Source of the DNA: Leptolyngbyaceae cyanobacterium
Lineage (GTDB): Bacteria; Cyanobacteriota; Cyanobacteriia; Phormidesmidales; Phormidesmidaceae
Direction: 5' to 3'
NCBI GenBank assembly: GCA_050331235.1
Contig: JBHJHA010000053.1
Coordinates: 1-64,000, forward strand
Length of the DNA: 64,000 bases
Shown: one piece after another, positions 44,429 to 56,926 of the stretch
Layout of the letters: each line of letters opens with the position of its first letter
Numbering within the stretch: position 1 is the first letter of the stretch
The notes under the pieces: generated by a model
Seen by the model: only the letters and a program-made list of their open reading frames with translations
What the model was told of the DNA's origin: nothing
The model's database searches: none
Position numbers and translations under genes: made by a program

Positions 44429-45304
44429 TTAATCGGCTTCGGCGAGCACATCATCAAGCTGCAGATAGTAGCGCGGGTTGACAGGTTGACCACTCCGATG
44501 GACCTCATAGTGCAGATGCGGTCCCGATGACCGGCCTGTCGAACCGAGCTCGCCAATTCGCTCCCCCCGCTGAACGCGATCGCCCGCTTGCACACTGAGC
44601 TCAGACAGATGGGCGTATAGAGTTTCATAGCCGTAACCGTGGTCAATAATCACGTGCTTGCCATAGCCACCAGCATACTGAGACGTGACAACGGTACCGT
44701 CCGCAGTGGCATAAATGGGGGTGCCAACGGGACCACGAAAGTCAATGCCGCTGTGCATTTCATAGCTAAATCCGCCAAACGGATTACGCCTCAAGCCAAA
44801 TTCTGAGGTCACCTCTAGACGACCATTCAAAGGCTGAACATTAGGGAGAGCGGCGGCCCGCGCAGCCTCCTCTTGGAGCGTACTTTCTAGGGCTGGGCGC
44901 ACCTGTACCTCAAGCTTCGCGTCAATTTGCGGCATCCGTGATTGGGCTAAAGCAAAGAGGGCTTCGGCATTGGCTGTGCCGGCGATCCCGCCTCGGGGCT
45001 CTTCCTCCGGTAGCGGGACGTCAGAGGTATTTTCGGGGAGGCCAGCCCGCTCTCGCAAGTCCTCAACCTCCGAGTCTAAGGTTTCGAGTTCGACCAATAC
45101 TTCGTTAGCCGTTTCAGTCAGCGTCTCGTTTTGCTCTGCCAGTTGTTCGTTACGACCAATCAACGTGCTGACCCAAACCACGGGTAGCGAGGCCAGCAAG
45201 GTGCACAGCAAGAAAATGGGCAGCGGCCTGAGGGTAATCGCAATCGGCGTTTCGCCCGTTCGAGTAATTAGAACGGTGTAGGGCCTGGGCAATCGAAATC
45301 GCAT
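44429..45304 (-). CDS. M23-family peptidase with TM segment and coiled coil
   Basis: HSGID, YAHL, GSTGRSSGPHLHYEV. Confidence 0.9.
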   Translation of the reverse strand: MRFRLPRPYTVLITRTGETPIAITLRPLPIFLLCTLLASLPVVWVSTLIGRNEQLAEQNETLTETANEVLVELETLDSEVEDLRERAGLPENTSDVPLPEEEPRGGIAGTANAEALFALAQSRMPQIDAKLEVQVRPALESTLQEEAARAAALPNVQPLNGRLEVTSEFGLRRNPFGGFSYEMHSGIDFRGPVGTPIYATADGTVVTSQYAGGYGKHVIIDHGYGYETLYAHLSELSVQAGDRVQRGERIGELGSTGRSSGPHLHYEVHRSGQPVNPRYYLQLDDVLAEAD

Positions 45305-45665
45305 TTTGGTGTGGGATGAGGGAACGAAATTGGGAATCTTAAGATTTCTGTCACAGTTCAAGGATTATACGGGGATCAGCGGAAACAAGCAATTTTTAGC
45401 CGCGATCGCCCCCGCCCCTTGCTGCCATTCGGAGTGCGAGTTCTCGCGTTGTGTGGGCTAGGCATGGAGTCCCCACCCGGTCAGCAAGGCATTCTTCACC
45501 GCCGTGACTGACCTGAACTAGGAATGCTCTCCTCAAAGACAACCGAGCCCAGCCGACGGGATTCTGTCACATCTGACCAAATTCTTACCGAAGCGATTAG
45601 TATCGGCATAATCCTCGTGGCAAAATCATGGGGTAAATGACCGCCTAGAACGAGAACTCTAAGCC

Positions 45666-48600
45666 ATGACGGCCACCGCACCCACCCTCTCCAGCCAATA
45701 CGATCCCTCCATTACCGAAGAGAAATGGCAGAAAGTCTGGGAAGCCCGCCACGTCTTTAAAGCCGATCCGGAGCATTCTGGGGAGCCCTTTTGTGTGGTC
45801 ATTCCGCCGCCTAACGTGACCGGCAGCTTACATATGGGCCACGCCTTTGAAAATGCGTTGATCGACACGCTGGTGCGCTACAGACGTATGCAGGGACGCA
45901 ACGCCCTGTGGCTACCAGGGACGGACCATGCCAGCATTGCCGTGCAGACAATTTTGGAGCGACAGGTTGAAGCTGAGGGCAAGACCCTAGACGAGCTGGG
46001 ACGCGAAGAATTTCTAGAGCGGGCTTGGCAGTGGAAGGAGGAATCCGGCGGCACCATTGTGGGCCAACTGCGTAAACTTGGCGTTTCCGTTGACTGGAGC
46101 CGCGAGCGCTTCACCCTAGATGAAGGTCTATCCAAGGCTGTAATTACTGCCTTTACGCGGCTTTACGATGAGGGTCTGATATATCGCGGCAATTATATGG
46201 TGAACTGGTGCCCCGCTAGTCAATCAGCTGTGTCTGATCTAGAGGTGGAGCCAACGGAGGTCAATGGGCATCTTTGGCACTTCCGCTATCCCTTGACGGA
46301 CGATTCGGGCTACTTAGAAGTCGCCACCACCCGCCCGGAAACGACGCTCGGCGACACTGCCGTGGCGGTCAATCCCGAAGACGATCGCTACCGTGACCTC
46401 GTGGGCAAAACGCTGACCCTGCCAATTGTCGGTCGCGAGATTCCCATTATCGCCGATGCCTACGTTGACAAAGAATTTGGGACAGGCTGCGTCAAGGTGA
46501 CGCCTGCCCATGATCCCAATGACTTTGCCATGGGTCAGCGCCACAATTTGCCCATGATTACCGTTATGAATAAAGACGGTACGATGAACTCGGAAGCGGG
46601 TCCTTTTGAAGGGCAGGATCGCTTTGCAGCTCGCACAGGGGTGGTCAAACAGCTAGAGGCTGAAGGTTTCCTCGTCAAAATTGAAGACTATCATCACACC
46701 GTACCCTACAGCGATCGCGGCAAGGTACCAGTAGAGCCCCTGCTCTCCACCCAATGGTTTGTCAAGATTAAGCCCCTCGCTGACACGGCGCTAGATGCCC
46801 TTGACAACCACAACTCACCCAAGTTTGTTCCCGAGCGGTGGACTAAGGTCTATCGCGACTGGTTGGTCAACCTGCGCGACTGGTGTATCTCCCGCCAGCT
46901 CTGGTGGGGCCACCAAATTCCTGCCTGGTATGCCGTGAGCGAAACCGATGGGGAAATTCGCGACAATACGCCCTGTTTTGTTGCTGCGGATCTGGCAGCG
47001 GCTCGTGTGCAAGCTGTGGAAACCTACGGCGAAGACGTTGTTCTAGAACAAGATCCGGACGTGCTAGATACGTGGTTCTCCTCGGGACTATGGCCGTTTT
47101 CGACCATGGGGTGGCCAGATGAAACTGCCAAAGATTTTCAGACCTACTACCCCACCAGTACTTTGGTAACTGGGTTTGACATCATCTTTATTTGGGTGGC
47201 CCGCATGACTATGATGGCCGGTCACTTCACTGACACCATGCCCTTTGAAACGGTGTATATCCATGGGCTCGTCCGGGATGAAAACAACCAAAAAATGTCG
47301 AAGTCTAAGGGCAACGGTATTGATCCATTAGTGCTGATCAACAAGTACGGCACTGATGCCCTCCGCTACACCTTGATCCGGGAAGTCGCTGGGGCGGGGC
47401 AAGATATTCGCCTAGAATACGATCGCAAAACCGATGAGTCAGTTTCCGTCGAGGCCTCCCGTAACTTTACGAATAAGTTATGGAACGCTGCTCGGTTTGT
47501 GATGATGAATCTCGGTGGTCAATCGCCTGAGCAGTTAGGTCAGCCTAACCCCGCTGACTTAGAGCTAGCTGATCGCTGGATTTTGTCTCGCTACAACGGC
47601 GTTATACAGCGCGTCCACGAGCAAATGGCAAAGTACGGTTTTGGCGAGGCGGCGAAGGAATTATATGACTTTATCTGGGGCGACTTTTGCGATTGGTACA
47701 TTGAGCTAGTCAAGCCCCGTTTACAGGGCGAAGGGGCTCCCAAGCGGGTCGCACAGCAAACCCTAGCACGGGTGCTCGACGGGATTTTGCGATCGCTACA
47801 TCCCTTTATGCCCCACATTACCGAAGAGATTTGGCACACCTTGAATCAAATGGGGGACGACGAATTTCTGGCGGTGCAGGCCTATCCCGCGGCTGACACT
47901 GCTGCCATTGATGTCAGTTTAGAAGCAGATTTTGACCTTTTGATTGGCACCCTCCGTACGATTCGCAATTTGCGGGCGGAGGCCGGCATTAAGCCCAGTG
48001 CAAAAATTGAGACGATTTTGGAATCCGCGAATCCGGAAGAGCGCCGTATTTTGCAGGCGGGCCAGAGTTATATCAAAGCGATCGGACGCGTTGAACAGCT
48101 CATCATTCGCGCTGATAGCGCTGACGAACCAGCCACACCGGTCTCCCAGCCAGCGCTACCTCCCCAGGCCTCCTCCACTGGTTCAACCGATGACTCCACC
48201 AGCAGCCTGGCCACCATCCAGGCGGAGGTGACAGACTTTTGGGTCACCATGCGCCCCTTGTTAGAAGAGCCCCTCTTTTATTTGCAAAGCTTCTTCAGCG
48301 ATATTCGCCGTCCCGCTGTTTCACTTCTGTTCATTTTTGCGGCTCTGGTGACCTTACAAATTGTCGCAGCGGTCTTACAGACCCTTGATAGCATCCTACT
48401 GGTAGGAGCTCTGTTAAAACTGATCGGTGTTGGCTACACCGTCTGGTTTACAGCGCAAAACCTACTGTATGCTCACAAACGCCAGCAAACCTGGCAGCAG
48501 CTAGGGGCATGGCGGCGTGAGGTTTTAGGTGACGCCCAGGATTGGCTGAATCGCCCAGCGATCGCGCCCTCCGCTCAAACTTCGCTCAAACCAGTAGCCC

Positions 48601-48935
48601 AAGAGGTTGCTGATTTGGTCCAGTCAGTCCCACCGGTCCCCAGTCCGCAACTAGCCCTACCGCCCGCCCCTACTCCCAAAATGTTTGCCGGGGTCGTGGG
48701 CACCGTCCAGGTGTTGATTCCCTTAACGGGATTGGTTGATGTGGATGCGCTTAAGGCCAAAATCGAAAAAGATCTCGGCAAAGTAGATGGCGAAATCGCG
48801 TCTCTGTCAGGCCGCCTGAATAATCCTGGCTTTGTGAATAAAGCGCCTGAAGAGGTGGTGCAAGGCGCTCGTGAGGCCCTTGCCGAGGCTGAGACCCAAG
48901 CCGACATCCTCAAGTCTCGACTGTTGATGCTGTAG
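45666..48935 (+). CDS. valS: Valine--tRNA ligase carrying a CAAD membrane-anchor insertion
   Basis: [29 protein letters not shown]; hydrophobic insert near 48270-48530. Confidence 0.97.
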   Translation: MTATAPTLSSQYDPSITEEKWQKVWEARHVFKADPEHSGEPFCVVIPPPNVTGSLHMGHAFENALIDTLVRYRRMQGRNALWLPGTDHASIAVQTILERQVEAEGKTLDELGREEFLERAWQWKEESGGTIVGQLRKLGVSVDWSRERFTLDEGLSKAVITAFTRLYDEGLIYRGNYMVNWCPASQSAVSDLEVEPTEVNGHLWHFRYPLTDDSGYLEVATTRPETTLGDTAVAVNPEDDRYRDLVGKTLTLPIVGREIPIIADAYVDKEFGTGCVKVTPAHDPNDFAMGQRHNLPMITVMNKDGTMNSEAGPFEGQDRFAARTGVVKQLEAEGFLVKIEDYHHTVPYSDRGKVPVEPLLSTQWFVKIKPLADTALDALDNHNSPKFVPERWTKVYRDWLVNLRDWCISRQLWWGHQIPAWYAVSETDGEIRDNTPCFVAADLAAARVQAVETYGEDVVLEQDPDVLDTWFSSGLWPFSTMGWPDETAKDFQTYYPTSTLVTGFDIIFIWVARMTMMAGHFTDTMPFETVYIHGLVRDENNQKMSKSKGNGIDPLVLINKYGTDALRYTLIREVAGAGQDIRLEYDRKTDESVSVEASRNFTNKLWNAARFVMMNLGGQSPEQLGQPNPADLELADRWILSRYNGVIQRVHEQMAKYGFGEAAKELYDFIWGDFCDWYIELVKPRLQGEGAPKRVAQQTLARVLDGILRSLHPFMPHITEEIWHTLNQMGDDEFLAVQAYPAADTAAIDVSLEADFDLLIGTLRTIRNLRAEAGIKPSAKIETILESANPEERRILQAGQSYIKAIGRVEQLIIRADSADEPATPVSQPALPPQASSTGSTDDSTSSLATIQAEVTDFWVTMRPLLEEPLFYLQSFFSDIRRPAVSLLFIFAALVTLQIVAAVLQTLDSILLVGALLKLIGVGYTVWFTAQNLLYAHKRQQTWQQLGAWRREVLGDAQDWLNRPAIAPSAQTSLKPVAQEVADLVQSVPPVPSPQLALPPAPTPKMFAGVVGTVQVLIPLTGLVDVDALKAKIEKDLGKVDGEIASLSGRLNNPGFVNKAPEEVVQGAREALAEAETQADILKSRLLML

Positions 48936-49704
48936 GTCTTGGCCGCCTTTGTACAGAGTGCAGATAGCAGGCCCTGTATCGCGCTCTGTATGAACGTGAG
49001 CTCTGGTTGAGATACTGGCAAAGACATTGCTGGACATCTATTGCACGGCTTTTCAGGCAAGCCTCTTGTGCCAATTTAGGAGAGCTCAATCTCGTGCCCC
49101 CAAAGACTTGGTGCCCTGCAGATGAACGGGGCGCGATGGTTCACTCGGACCCACTTTACACTCTGCTATGACTACACACTGACTCTTTCACAGCGCTTTG
49201 GACTGGCTACAGCTAACCTAATCCTCAACCGGGGGCAGCTTGGCGATTATCGAGTGTAAAACACCACCGACGGCAACTACACTGACCGTCGATTTACGAT
49301 CAGCGAAATCACTTAATCAGTCGTTGCAGGTGATGGCACCGATACTTAGGAGCGATCGCCCCTTCCAAAAAATCTAAAAGATTAATTAGTCAAAGAGGCG
49401 TTTACAGACACCTGTGCTGGCGCTCTCTACCCTGTCTGCAAACCTTGACTTTTAGAGTATGTAGCACCATCAGGAGCCTCTCACAATATCGCTTCAATGT
49501 GCTTAGCCGCAAACTGATATGTGATTTATTTATTATTTGCTTGTGATCTGAGTTCTACGTAAATTTTCTATCAAGAAACTCAAATACGGATATACGTCAA
49601 CTTGAAATATGCATATGGTCGTATAAACAAGCACGCCGTATCTGCCGGCATGGGTGTGCCTCCCTGTAAATCTACTTATTGATAAACCCAATAGAGGATT
49701 TAAG

Positions 49705-50505
49705 ATGCGTTCCCTTTTCGTTCTGTTCAATGCACTGTTGCTCGCACCCGCTGGAGCTGTAAATTTGGCGGTTGAGGTCCAGGCAGGACAGTTTAGCGGT
49801 GGCACTAAGTCAAACTTAGATAGCTCACTTTTTCAGCCAATAATGATTGATTTTGATGATATTGCCGAAGGCACTCTGTTGACGGGGTATGAGTGGGCCG
49901 ACAAAGGCGTCGAGATAAGCCTAGATTCAAACCGAGAGTTGCGGGATGGGTCCGGAGATCTGCCGCTGACCTTGTACAACAGCAGCTGTCGTCCCCGGGG
50001 GTCGAAAGATAAGTCCCTGCCTAAGTGTAAGGGCGGCGACCACGACTTGGCGACAGGCGAATATTTTGGCACCGAGGCCCAAGGCAACGTCTTAATTATT
50101 CAAGAAGATAACAGCCACAAAAAAAAGAATAAAGGCACTTTAGGTGCACCGGATGATGACCGAAAGGGTGGACTCATTACCTTTAACTTTATGCATGCGG
50201 TCACGGACGTCAGTCTTGGATTCCTCGACTTTGATGAGCGCACTAAGGGCTACCTACGTTTCTTTGCTGGGGCTGATGACACTGAGGCCGCACTTAAATT
50301 TGACCTCAGCGACGTCTCAGCGCTGGTCAATCCCGATATTGATGGTGACAACTCGATGCGCATCTTTCAGGGATTGAATATGAGCTTCCAAAAAATTGAA
50401 GTTGAATATCCAGGTAGTGGTGCTATCACCCATCTCGAGTTCACTAAGGTAGCTCCTGGGGGAAGTGAATACTGGTCGGCAACTCCAGAAGCGTATTTAT
50501 GGTAA
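49705..50505 (+). CDS. Hypothetical secreted Asp/Gly-rich protein
   Basis: AGAGGA RBS, signal peptide, GNVLIIQE...PDDDRKGG pattern; long AT-richer upstream region. Confidence 0.65.
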   Translation: MRSLFVLFNALLLAPAGAVNLAVEVQAGQFSGGTKSNLDSSLFQPIMIDFDDIAEGTLLTGYEWADKGVEISLDSNRELRDGSGDLPLTLYNSSCRPRGSKDKSLPKCKGGDHDLATGEYFGTEAQGNVLIIQEDNSHKKKNKGTLGAPDDDRKGGLITFNFMHAVTDVSLGFLDFDERTKGYLRFFAGADDTEAALKFDLSDVSALVNPDIDGDNSMRIFQGLNMSFQKIEVEYPGSGAITHLEFTKVAPGGSEYWSATPEAYLW

Positions 50506-50913
50506 GCCGCATCAACTGATTTCTCGCAATCAACAGGCCGGTAAAACTAGAGTTAGGCAACCGCTGATTCAACACTTGAGTTCATTGATGGCGACTCAGT
50601 GAAGTATCTGTGTTGGCCTTTGACTCAGGTAGCGTATCTCAATTGAGCCGGATGAAAACACTGAAACTCACAGTATTTGACTGTTGAGGCTTAGCTGTCT
50701 TTCATGCTCTCAGTTTGGGATTACAAAGGACATTCCGGCCTGAAATCTACTTTGTGATGCTGTGTTGGTAGTCGAGGGACATTGCAACTTAAGGGGCTCG
50801 AGGTCTAAGGCCCAACAGCTTTCAGGCACAGATGCCGCCAAGAGATGTTGCTATTTTCGTGCCCAAATAACCTGGGCAGAATGAACGGGGCTTGGCTGGT
50901 TGCTCACTGACGG

Positions 50914-52389
50914 CTACGACAGAACCCACTGGACTAAGGTGCGAACACCAAATCCTGTCGCTCCAGGACTGTTGTAAGCATTTTCTCGCTCGTTCCACAC
51001 AGGGCCAGCAATGTCTAGGTGCGCCCAAGCCGTATCTTTCACAAATTGCTTGAGGAACAGGGCAGCAGTAATAGCGCCCCCCGGACGGGGCCCGGTGTTC
51101 TTCATATCAGCGGCTAAGGATTTCAGTCCGTCAAAATATTTCTCTTCCAGCGGCATCCGCCAGAGCTTTTCACCAGCGATCGCCGATGCTGTTTCCAGAT
51201 CTTTAGCGAGGGTATCATCGGGACTCCACAAACCAGCAATCGAGTCGCCTAGGGCAATGATGCTGGCACCGGTTAGGGTGGCGAGGTCAACCATGGCATC
51301 GAGGCTTAGCTTTTCGGCAAAGACTAGGGCATCGGCTAGGGTCAGTCGACCTTCAGCATCGGTGTTGTTGACTTCAATCGTCTTACCGTTGGACGCCGTG
51401 AGAATATCACCCGGGTGCAATGCATTACCGCTGATCATATTTTCGGCCGCTGCACTGATAAAGTGCACCTCCACATCGGGCTTAATCTGAGCGATCGCTT
51501 TTGCCGCTCCGAGGGTTGCCGCCGCGCCTCCCATATCAAACTTCATCATTTCAATCATGCTGCCAGCGCCGGCCTTAATGTTGAGTCCGCCGGAGTCAAA
51601 GGTCAGGCCTTTCCCGATAATGGCCAGCTTGCGCCGTGGGGTGCTAAGGGGCTTATAGGTAAGGTGAATAAACTGAGGCGGCAAGTCAGAAGCTTGGGCC
51701 ACTCCCAAAAAAGCCCCCATGCCGAGTGCTTCGCAGGCGTCACGGTCGAGAATTTCTACCTCTAGACCGTGGTCCTGGGCGATAGTCTCGGCGGTCTCGG
51801 CCAGCATCGCTGGAGTGGCGACGTTGGGTGGGGCGGTCACCAGTTCACGGGCTAAGACAACCCCATCGACAATTTTTTGAGCTTTCGCGATCGCTGGCGC
51901 TTCATCGGGGTAGCCAATGAGCTCAATCCGCTCGATGGCAAAGCTTTTATCTTCAGACTCAGACTTAAATCGGGTGTCTTCATGTAGGGCCATTAGGGCC
52001 CCTTCACAAATTGCCTGGGCCGAAAGAGGGGGCGACTCCCTCCAAACTGGCAAACTAATGCCGACCACTTTGCACTTTTCCTTTTTGGCTAACCGAGCGG
52101 CAGCGGCGCTCGCTCGCCTTAAGGTTTCCAGCGAGAGCTGGTCAGCGTCTCCCAGACCCAGCAGCGCAATTTTGTGGACGGGGCCAGCACTACCTACCCG
52201 AATTGCCACATGGCTGTCGGCGCTCGCCTTAAACTCAGACTCATCGATCAACTCTTGAATTAAGCCTGACAGCTTTTCATTGAGGCTCATTAACTCCCCT
52301 GCCAGGGGCAAGTCGGCTTCAGTCAGGCCGATCGCTAAGCAGTCGCCCGACCAGTCGAGCACAGGATAAGTTGATAGATGAAGATCCAT
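50914..52389 (-). CDS. pepA: Leucyl aminopeptidase (M17)
   Basis: [32 protein letters not shown]. Confidence 0.96.
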   Translation of the reverse strand: MDLHLSTYPVLDWSGDCLAIGLTEADLPLAGELMSLNEKLSGLIQELIDESEFKASADSHVAIRVGSAGPVHKIALLGLGDADQLSLETLRRASAAAARLAKKEKCKVVGISLPVWRESPPLSAQAICEGALMALHEDTRFKSESEDKSFAIERIELIGYPDEAPAIAKAQKIVDGVVLARELVTAPPNVATPAMLAETAETIAQDHGLEVEILDRDACEALGMGAFLGVAQASDLPPQFIHLTYKPLSTPRRKLAIIGKGLTFDSGGLNIKAGAGSMIEMMKFDMGGAAATLGAAKAIAQIKPDVEVHFISAAAENMISGNALHPGDILTASNGKTIEVNNTDAEGRLTLADALVFAEKLSLDAMVDLATLTGASIIALGDSIAGLWSPDDTLAKDLETASAIAGEKLWRMPLEEKYFDGLKSLAADMKNTGPRPGGAITAALFLKQFVKDTAWAHLDIAGPVWNERENAYNSPGATGFGVRTLVQWVLS

Positions 52390-52698
52390 AGGTGCGCAAG
52401 CAGCCCTTCAGTGTAAATTTTCCCTCTTTATTTGATCACAGCTTGCGAGCTTCTGCAATCAACCAAGAGCTAGAACCTGCGATCGCTCCCAGAAGTGCCT
52501 CATTAATGTCAGAGCCAGGGGCCCCTGTTTGCTGGCTGTGGTCCGAAATTCGCTGCGAATGATGAATGACGCTTGGCCTAACTGGAGAGCAACTTTCACC
52601 CTCATTGAAAAATAAACGCCTCATTTCAATGAGTTTTTGCTAGAACAGCAAGAGAAAATCCATCAGCCTCATACTCGTTACCGAGGTAGGAGACAGCG

Positions 52699-54894
52699 AT
52701 GCGGCAGCGATTTGAAAATTGGATGCCTTGGTTAGGTATTTCTGGCGTCACCGCCTTAGGATTGGGCGCTACGTTAGCCTTTGCTGATGCAGCCGGTTGG
52801 TTACCGGGTGAGCCGCGGCGCTCCGACAGGGCAGCCCAAATCGAGCCCGCCCAGCCATCTGAGGCCAGTGCGCCGGTGATGGCTTTGGCTCTGCAATCCC
52901 CTGAAATGCGCGCCGAATCGCTGTCCAAAATGGCGACCCAGCCGGTATCTGATCAGCAGGTGCGAGCTCGCTATCTCTTGGCTAAAGATTTAATTGACCA
53001 GGGCCAAGCAGGATCGGCTGTCCCACTTTTAGAAACCCTACCCAAGGATTTTCCTGAACTGGCCATCCACAGCCGGATTCAACTAGGTCGAGCACAAACG
53101 GCAAGTGGTCAGACGGCGGCGGCTCAAAAGACCTGGCAGGCGGTGTTGCAGCAGCACGGCGATCATCCAGCAACTGCAGAGGTGCTTTATACCCTAGGGA
53201 AAAACCAGCCCCAATATTGGGCGCAGCTACTGCAGCGCTTTCCTGCCCATCCCCGCAGCGTAGAAGTGGCTCACCGTCAACTGGTAGAAGCCTCGCCACC
53301 CAAAAATGAAAAAGCGCTGCTGCTTGTGATGACTCGCCACGGGATTTATCATCCTGACGTGTTGACCTTTGTTGATCGCCTGGTGGAAAAACACGGTGAT
53401 GGTCTCACCGCTGAAGAATGGCGAGATGCCGGCTTTGCGTACTGGGAGCGACAAGCCTACAAGTCGGCTAGTCAGGCCTATTGGAAAGCGCCGGCTAGTC
53501 CCCAGGGGCTCTACCGGGCCGCGAGGGGCGCACAGATTGGAGGGCAGCGAGAAGCGGCGATCGCCGGCTATAACAAGCTGAACGAAACCTTTCCCGACGC
53601 CCCCGAAACGGGCTTGGGACTGATTAAGTTGTCATACCTGGTTGATGAGGAAGCTGCCCTGGGTTTGCTGGATCAGGTCGTAGAACGGTTTCCTGGGCGA
53701 GCTGCCGAAGCCCTTCAGGAACAAGCCAAAATTATGGAAGCGCTGGATAGCCCGGAAACGGCGGCGCAACTGCGGCAAACGATATTGAATGACTACAGTA
53801 CCTCAGCCGAAGCCGCAACATTGCGATCGCAATATGCCCGCAATGCCGGTCAGGATGGCAACTGGTCAGGTGCCATCAATTGGGCCGAGCAAATTTTACA
53901 GGACAATGCCGATGCCGATGTTGCCCCGGAAATTGGCTTTTGGGCGGGCAAATGGGCACTGCGGGCAGGGCAAACCCAAGCCGCCACCGACTGGTTTAAG
54001 CAGGTCATTCGCGACTACCCAGACTCCTATTTTGCCTGGCGCTCAGCGTCGGCCCTCGGTTGGAATGTAGGCGATTTTCAAACGGTGCGATCGCTCCAGC
54101 CCCAAATTACCCTCCCGAGTCAGCGACAGCCGCTGCCGGCCGGCTCATGCAAGCTGCAAGAGCTGTATCTGCTTGGTCAAGACCGTGATGCCTGGGCGCT
54201 TTGGCAAGTCGAATTTGAAAACATTCAAGACCCCTCAGTGGCAGAACAATTTACGGATGGCGTTTTACGGGTGGGCGTTGGCGACACCTTGGACGGCATT
54301 TTCATGGTGTCGAGTTTAGACTGGCGCGACGACCCAGACGAACAAGCCGCCCATGAACAACTGCAGCAACATTCAGCCTATTGGCAAACGCTCTATCCCT
54401 TCCCCTACAGCGATTTAATTGCCTATTGGTCAGCTGAGCGGCAGCTCAATCCCCTGTTGGTCACGGCGCTCATGCGTCAAGAGTCACGCTTTGAGCCCAA
54501 TATTCGTTCGGTGGTGGGGGCCACTGGCCTGATGCAGGTCATGCCTGACACCGCCGACTGGATTCGTTCAAAGTCGGGTGTCGCCGCCGATAATCTAGAA
54601 AATCCCAACGACAACATTAATCTCGGTACCTGGTATCTCGACTATACCCATGCTGAATATGGCAACCATTCTCTTTATGCGGTGGCAAGTTACAACGCTG
54701 GTCCGGGGAATGTCGCTGATTGGATTGACCGTGGCGGCTATGCTGATGAAGATGACTTTGCCGAAAAAATACCGTTTGCTGAAACGAAAGGCTACATCCG
54801 TGCTGTCTTTGGGGGCTATTGGAACTATCTGCGTCTTTACAATCCAGAAATTGCTCAACAGGTTACGGCCTTACAGCGCTCTCGCACTCAATGA
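52699..54894 (+). CDS. slt: Soluble lytic transglycosylase (TPR-like plus SLT)
   Basis: MRQESRF, GATGLMQVMP, ASYNAGPG, ETKGY. Confidence 0.92.
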   Translation: MRQRFENWMPWLGISGVTALGLGATLAFADAAGWLPGEPRRSDRAAQIEPAQPSEASAPVMALALQSPEMRAESLSKMATQPVSDQQVRARYLLAKDLIDQGQAGSAVPLLETLPKDFPELAIHSRIQLGRAQTASGQTAAAQKTWQAVLQQHGDHPATAEVLYTLGKNQPQYWAQLLQRFPAHPRSVEVAHRQLVEASPPKNEKALLLVMTRHGIYHPDVLTFVDRLVEKHGDGLTAEEWRDAGFAYWERQAYKSASQAYWKAPASPQGLYRAARGAQIGGQREAAIAGYNKLNETFPDAPETGLGLIKLSYLVDEEAALGLLDQVVERFPGRAAEALQEQAKIMEALDSPETAAQLRQTILNDYSTSAEAATLRSQYARNAGQDGNWSGAINWAEQILQDNADADVAPEIGFWAGKWALRAGQTQAATDWFKQVIRDYPDSYFAWRSASALGWNVGDFQTVRSLQPQITLPSQRQPLPAGSCKLQELYLLGQDRDAWALWQVEFENIQDPSVAEQFTDGVLRVGVGDTLDGIFMVSSLDWRDDPDEQAAHEQLQQHSAYWQTLYPFPYSDLIAYWSAERQLNPLLVTALMRQESRFEPNIRSVVGATGLMQVMPDTADWIRSKSGVAADNLENPNDNINLGTWYLDYTHAEYGNHSLYAVASYNAGPGNVADWIDRGGYADEDDFAEKIPFAETKGYIRAVFGGYWNYLRLYNPEIAQQVTALQRSRTQ

Positions 54895-54982
54895 CGTAAC
54901 ATTTGCTTTTACAATTAGCTGTTGATGAGGGTCTTTGCAGACTCTACCCATCACTGTTTCCCTGAGTAAGGCAAGGTGCAAA

Positions 54983-55897
54983 GTGAATCCAGCCCAGCAG
55001 GAACAACTCACAAATGTGGGTGCTTATCTCCGAGATTTGCGCAAAGAAAGGGGCCTAGCGGTCGATGAGGTGGCTAACCAAATCTTTATCCGACCAGCGT
55101 TAGTGAAGGCGATCGAAACTGGTGATTGGGAGTCACTGCCCGAACCCGTTTTCGTCCAGGGATTTATTCGTCGCTATGCCGAGTATCTTGGCCTCAACGG
55201 CAAAGAAGTGGCCCAAAAGTTTGAACCAACGCCGGTCGCTGTGCTACCCGATCCAGAGCTAGCGAGCAGCAGTATGGTTGAAGGTGTCGTTAAGCAGCAA
55301 GACAAACATGGCCTTAAAGTCATCTCCAAGGCCGAATCATCAGGATCTAATGGCACCCTGAGCTCGCCTACCTCGGCCCAGCCCAAATGGAACTGGGCTT
55401 TAGGACTGGCGGGGCTTGCGATTTTGGTCGGTCTCATTGCCTGGTTGACCACTCGTAATACCCCACAGCCAGCCAGCACGGATGACAATCAAACAACTGA
55501 AAGTGCTGCTGACGGGGCCGCAACTGCTGAACCATCTGACCAGGCAGTGACGGAAGGTCCTCCTGATGCGGATACGGCGGCACCCGCATCAGAGACCACT
55601 GCGGATAGTGTGTCTACGGCCGATGCTGAGGCTCCTGTGACCTTTGCTGTCAACTTAGAATCAGATGCCTGGATGCGCGTTACCGCTGATGGGGAGGTCG
55701 TGTATGAAGGCACCATGAGTGCTGGGAGTCAAGAAACCTGGACCGCCGATGACGAGCTATCCATTACGGCCGGTAACTCCGGTGGAGTTTTGTTTTCTTT
55801 CAACGGTGGAGAGGAGCGCCCTTTGGGTAATCCGGGAGCTGTGAGTACGCTGACGCTGACGCCTGATACGGATCCGGCTTCTCTGCCATCCCCATAA
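54983..55897 (+). CDS. rodZ: RodZ-like HTH-TM-DUF4115 protein
   Basis: HTH LPEPVFVQGFIRRYAEYLGL, TM segment, C-terminal AWMRVTADG...AGNSGGV; GTG start inferred. Confidence 0.8.
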   Translation: MNPAQQEQLTNVGAYLRDLRKERGLAVDEVANQIFIRPALVKAIETGDWESLPEPVFVQGFIRRYAEYLGLNGKEVAQKFEPTPVAVLPDPELASSSMVEGVVKQQDKHGLKVISKAESSGSNGTLSSPTSAQPKWNWALGLAGLAILVGLIAWLTTRNTPQPASTDDNQTTESAADGAATAEPSDQAVTEGPPDADTAAPASETTADSVSTADAEAPVTFAVNLESDAWMRVTADGEVVYEGTMSAGSQETWTADDELSITAGNSGGVLFSFNGGEERPLGNPGAVSTLTLTPDTDPASLPSP

Positions 55898-55963
55898 CCG
55901 GCGATGCCTCTTACAATTGAGGAGATTTAGTCAATATCAATATAAAGCCGCTTTTATCCAGTT

Positions 55964-56743
55964 ATGACCTCTTCCCCCGACACCGAAACGTTGGTATCAG
56001 CCTCTGAGGAGCGCGATCGCGCTGACTTTTTGGATGAGATACCAGGTGATGTTGAGATGTCGATTTTCGATCATCTTGAAGAGCTCCGCCTGCGGATTTT
56101 TTATTCCCTCATTGCGGTCCTAGCGGGAGTCATTGGCTGCTTCGCATTTGTTGAACGCATTGTCAAACTTTTGGAGGTGCCGGCCCAGGGAGCTAAATTT
56201 TTGCAGCTCTCACCCGGTGAGTATTTCTTTGTCTCGCTCAAAGTGGCCGGCTACTCAGGCATTTTGATTGCCAGTCCCTTTATTCTCTACCAGGTGATCA
56301 TGTTTGTTTTGCCTGGGCTGACTCGCCGCGAGCGCCGCGTGATTGGTCCGGTTGTTTTGGGATCCAGCGTGCTCTTTTTCGTAGGGCTCTTTTTTGCTTA
56401 CTTTGCGCTGATTCCGGCGGCACTCAATTTTTTCATCAGCTATGGCGAAAATGTCGTTGAGCAGCTCTGGTCAATTGATCGCTACTTTGAGTTTGTCCTG
56501 CTACTGCTGTTCAGTACGGGGCTGGCGTTTCAAGTGCCCGTTGTTCAGTTTCTGCTAGCCCTATTGGGCATTGTTGACTCGGATAAAATGCTGAAAGGCT
56601 GGCGTTTCATTCTTTTGGCAGCGGCGATCTTGGGGGCGGTTTTGACTCCGTCTACCGATCCGGTTACCCAGAGCCTATTGGCTGGAGCCGTCTTATCTTT
56701 GTATTTTGGAGGGATTGGCTTAGTCCGATTATCGGGACGCTAA
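55964..56743 (+). CDS. tatC: Twin-arginine translocase subunit TatC
   Basis: [29 protein letters not shown]. Confidence 0.96.
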   Translation: MTSSPDTETLVSASEERDRADFLDEIPGDVEMSIFDHLEELRLRIFYSLIAVLAGVIGCFAFVERIVKLLEVPAQGAKFLQLSPGEYFFVSLKVAGYSGILIASPFILYQVIMFVLPGLTRRERRVIGPVVLGSSVLFFVGLFFAYFALIPAALNFFISYGENVVEQLWSIDRYFEFVLLLLFSTGLAFQVPVVQFLLALLGIVDSDKMLKGWRFILLAAAILGAVLTPSTDPVTQSLLAGAVLSLYFGGIGLVRLSGR

Positions 56744-56926
56744 GTCACTCACCACGGTATAGTGTCTGCAATTAGGCGCATCTACTCATCAAACTGGGTT
56801 GATTGCTGACTAATCCCGAGAGACTGGTATGCCAGAATGCCCGTAGCGATCGCGGCATCCCTGGGTACAATTTGTCTGTCATATCTTTCCAAATTGGAAA
56901 CACTGCTTGAGAAGACGGGAGAAACC

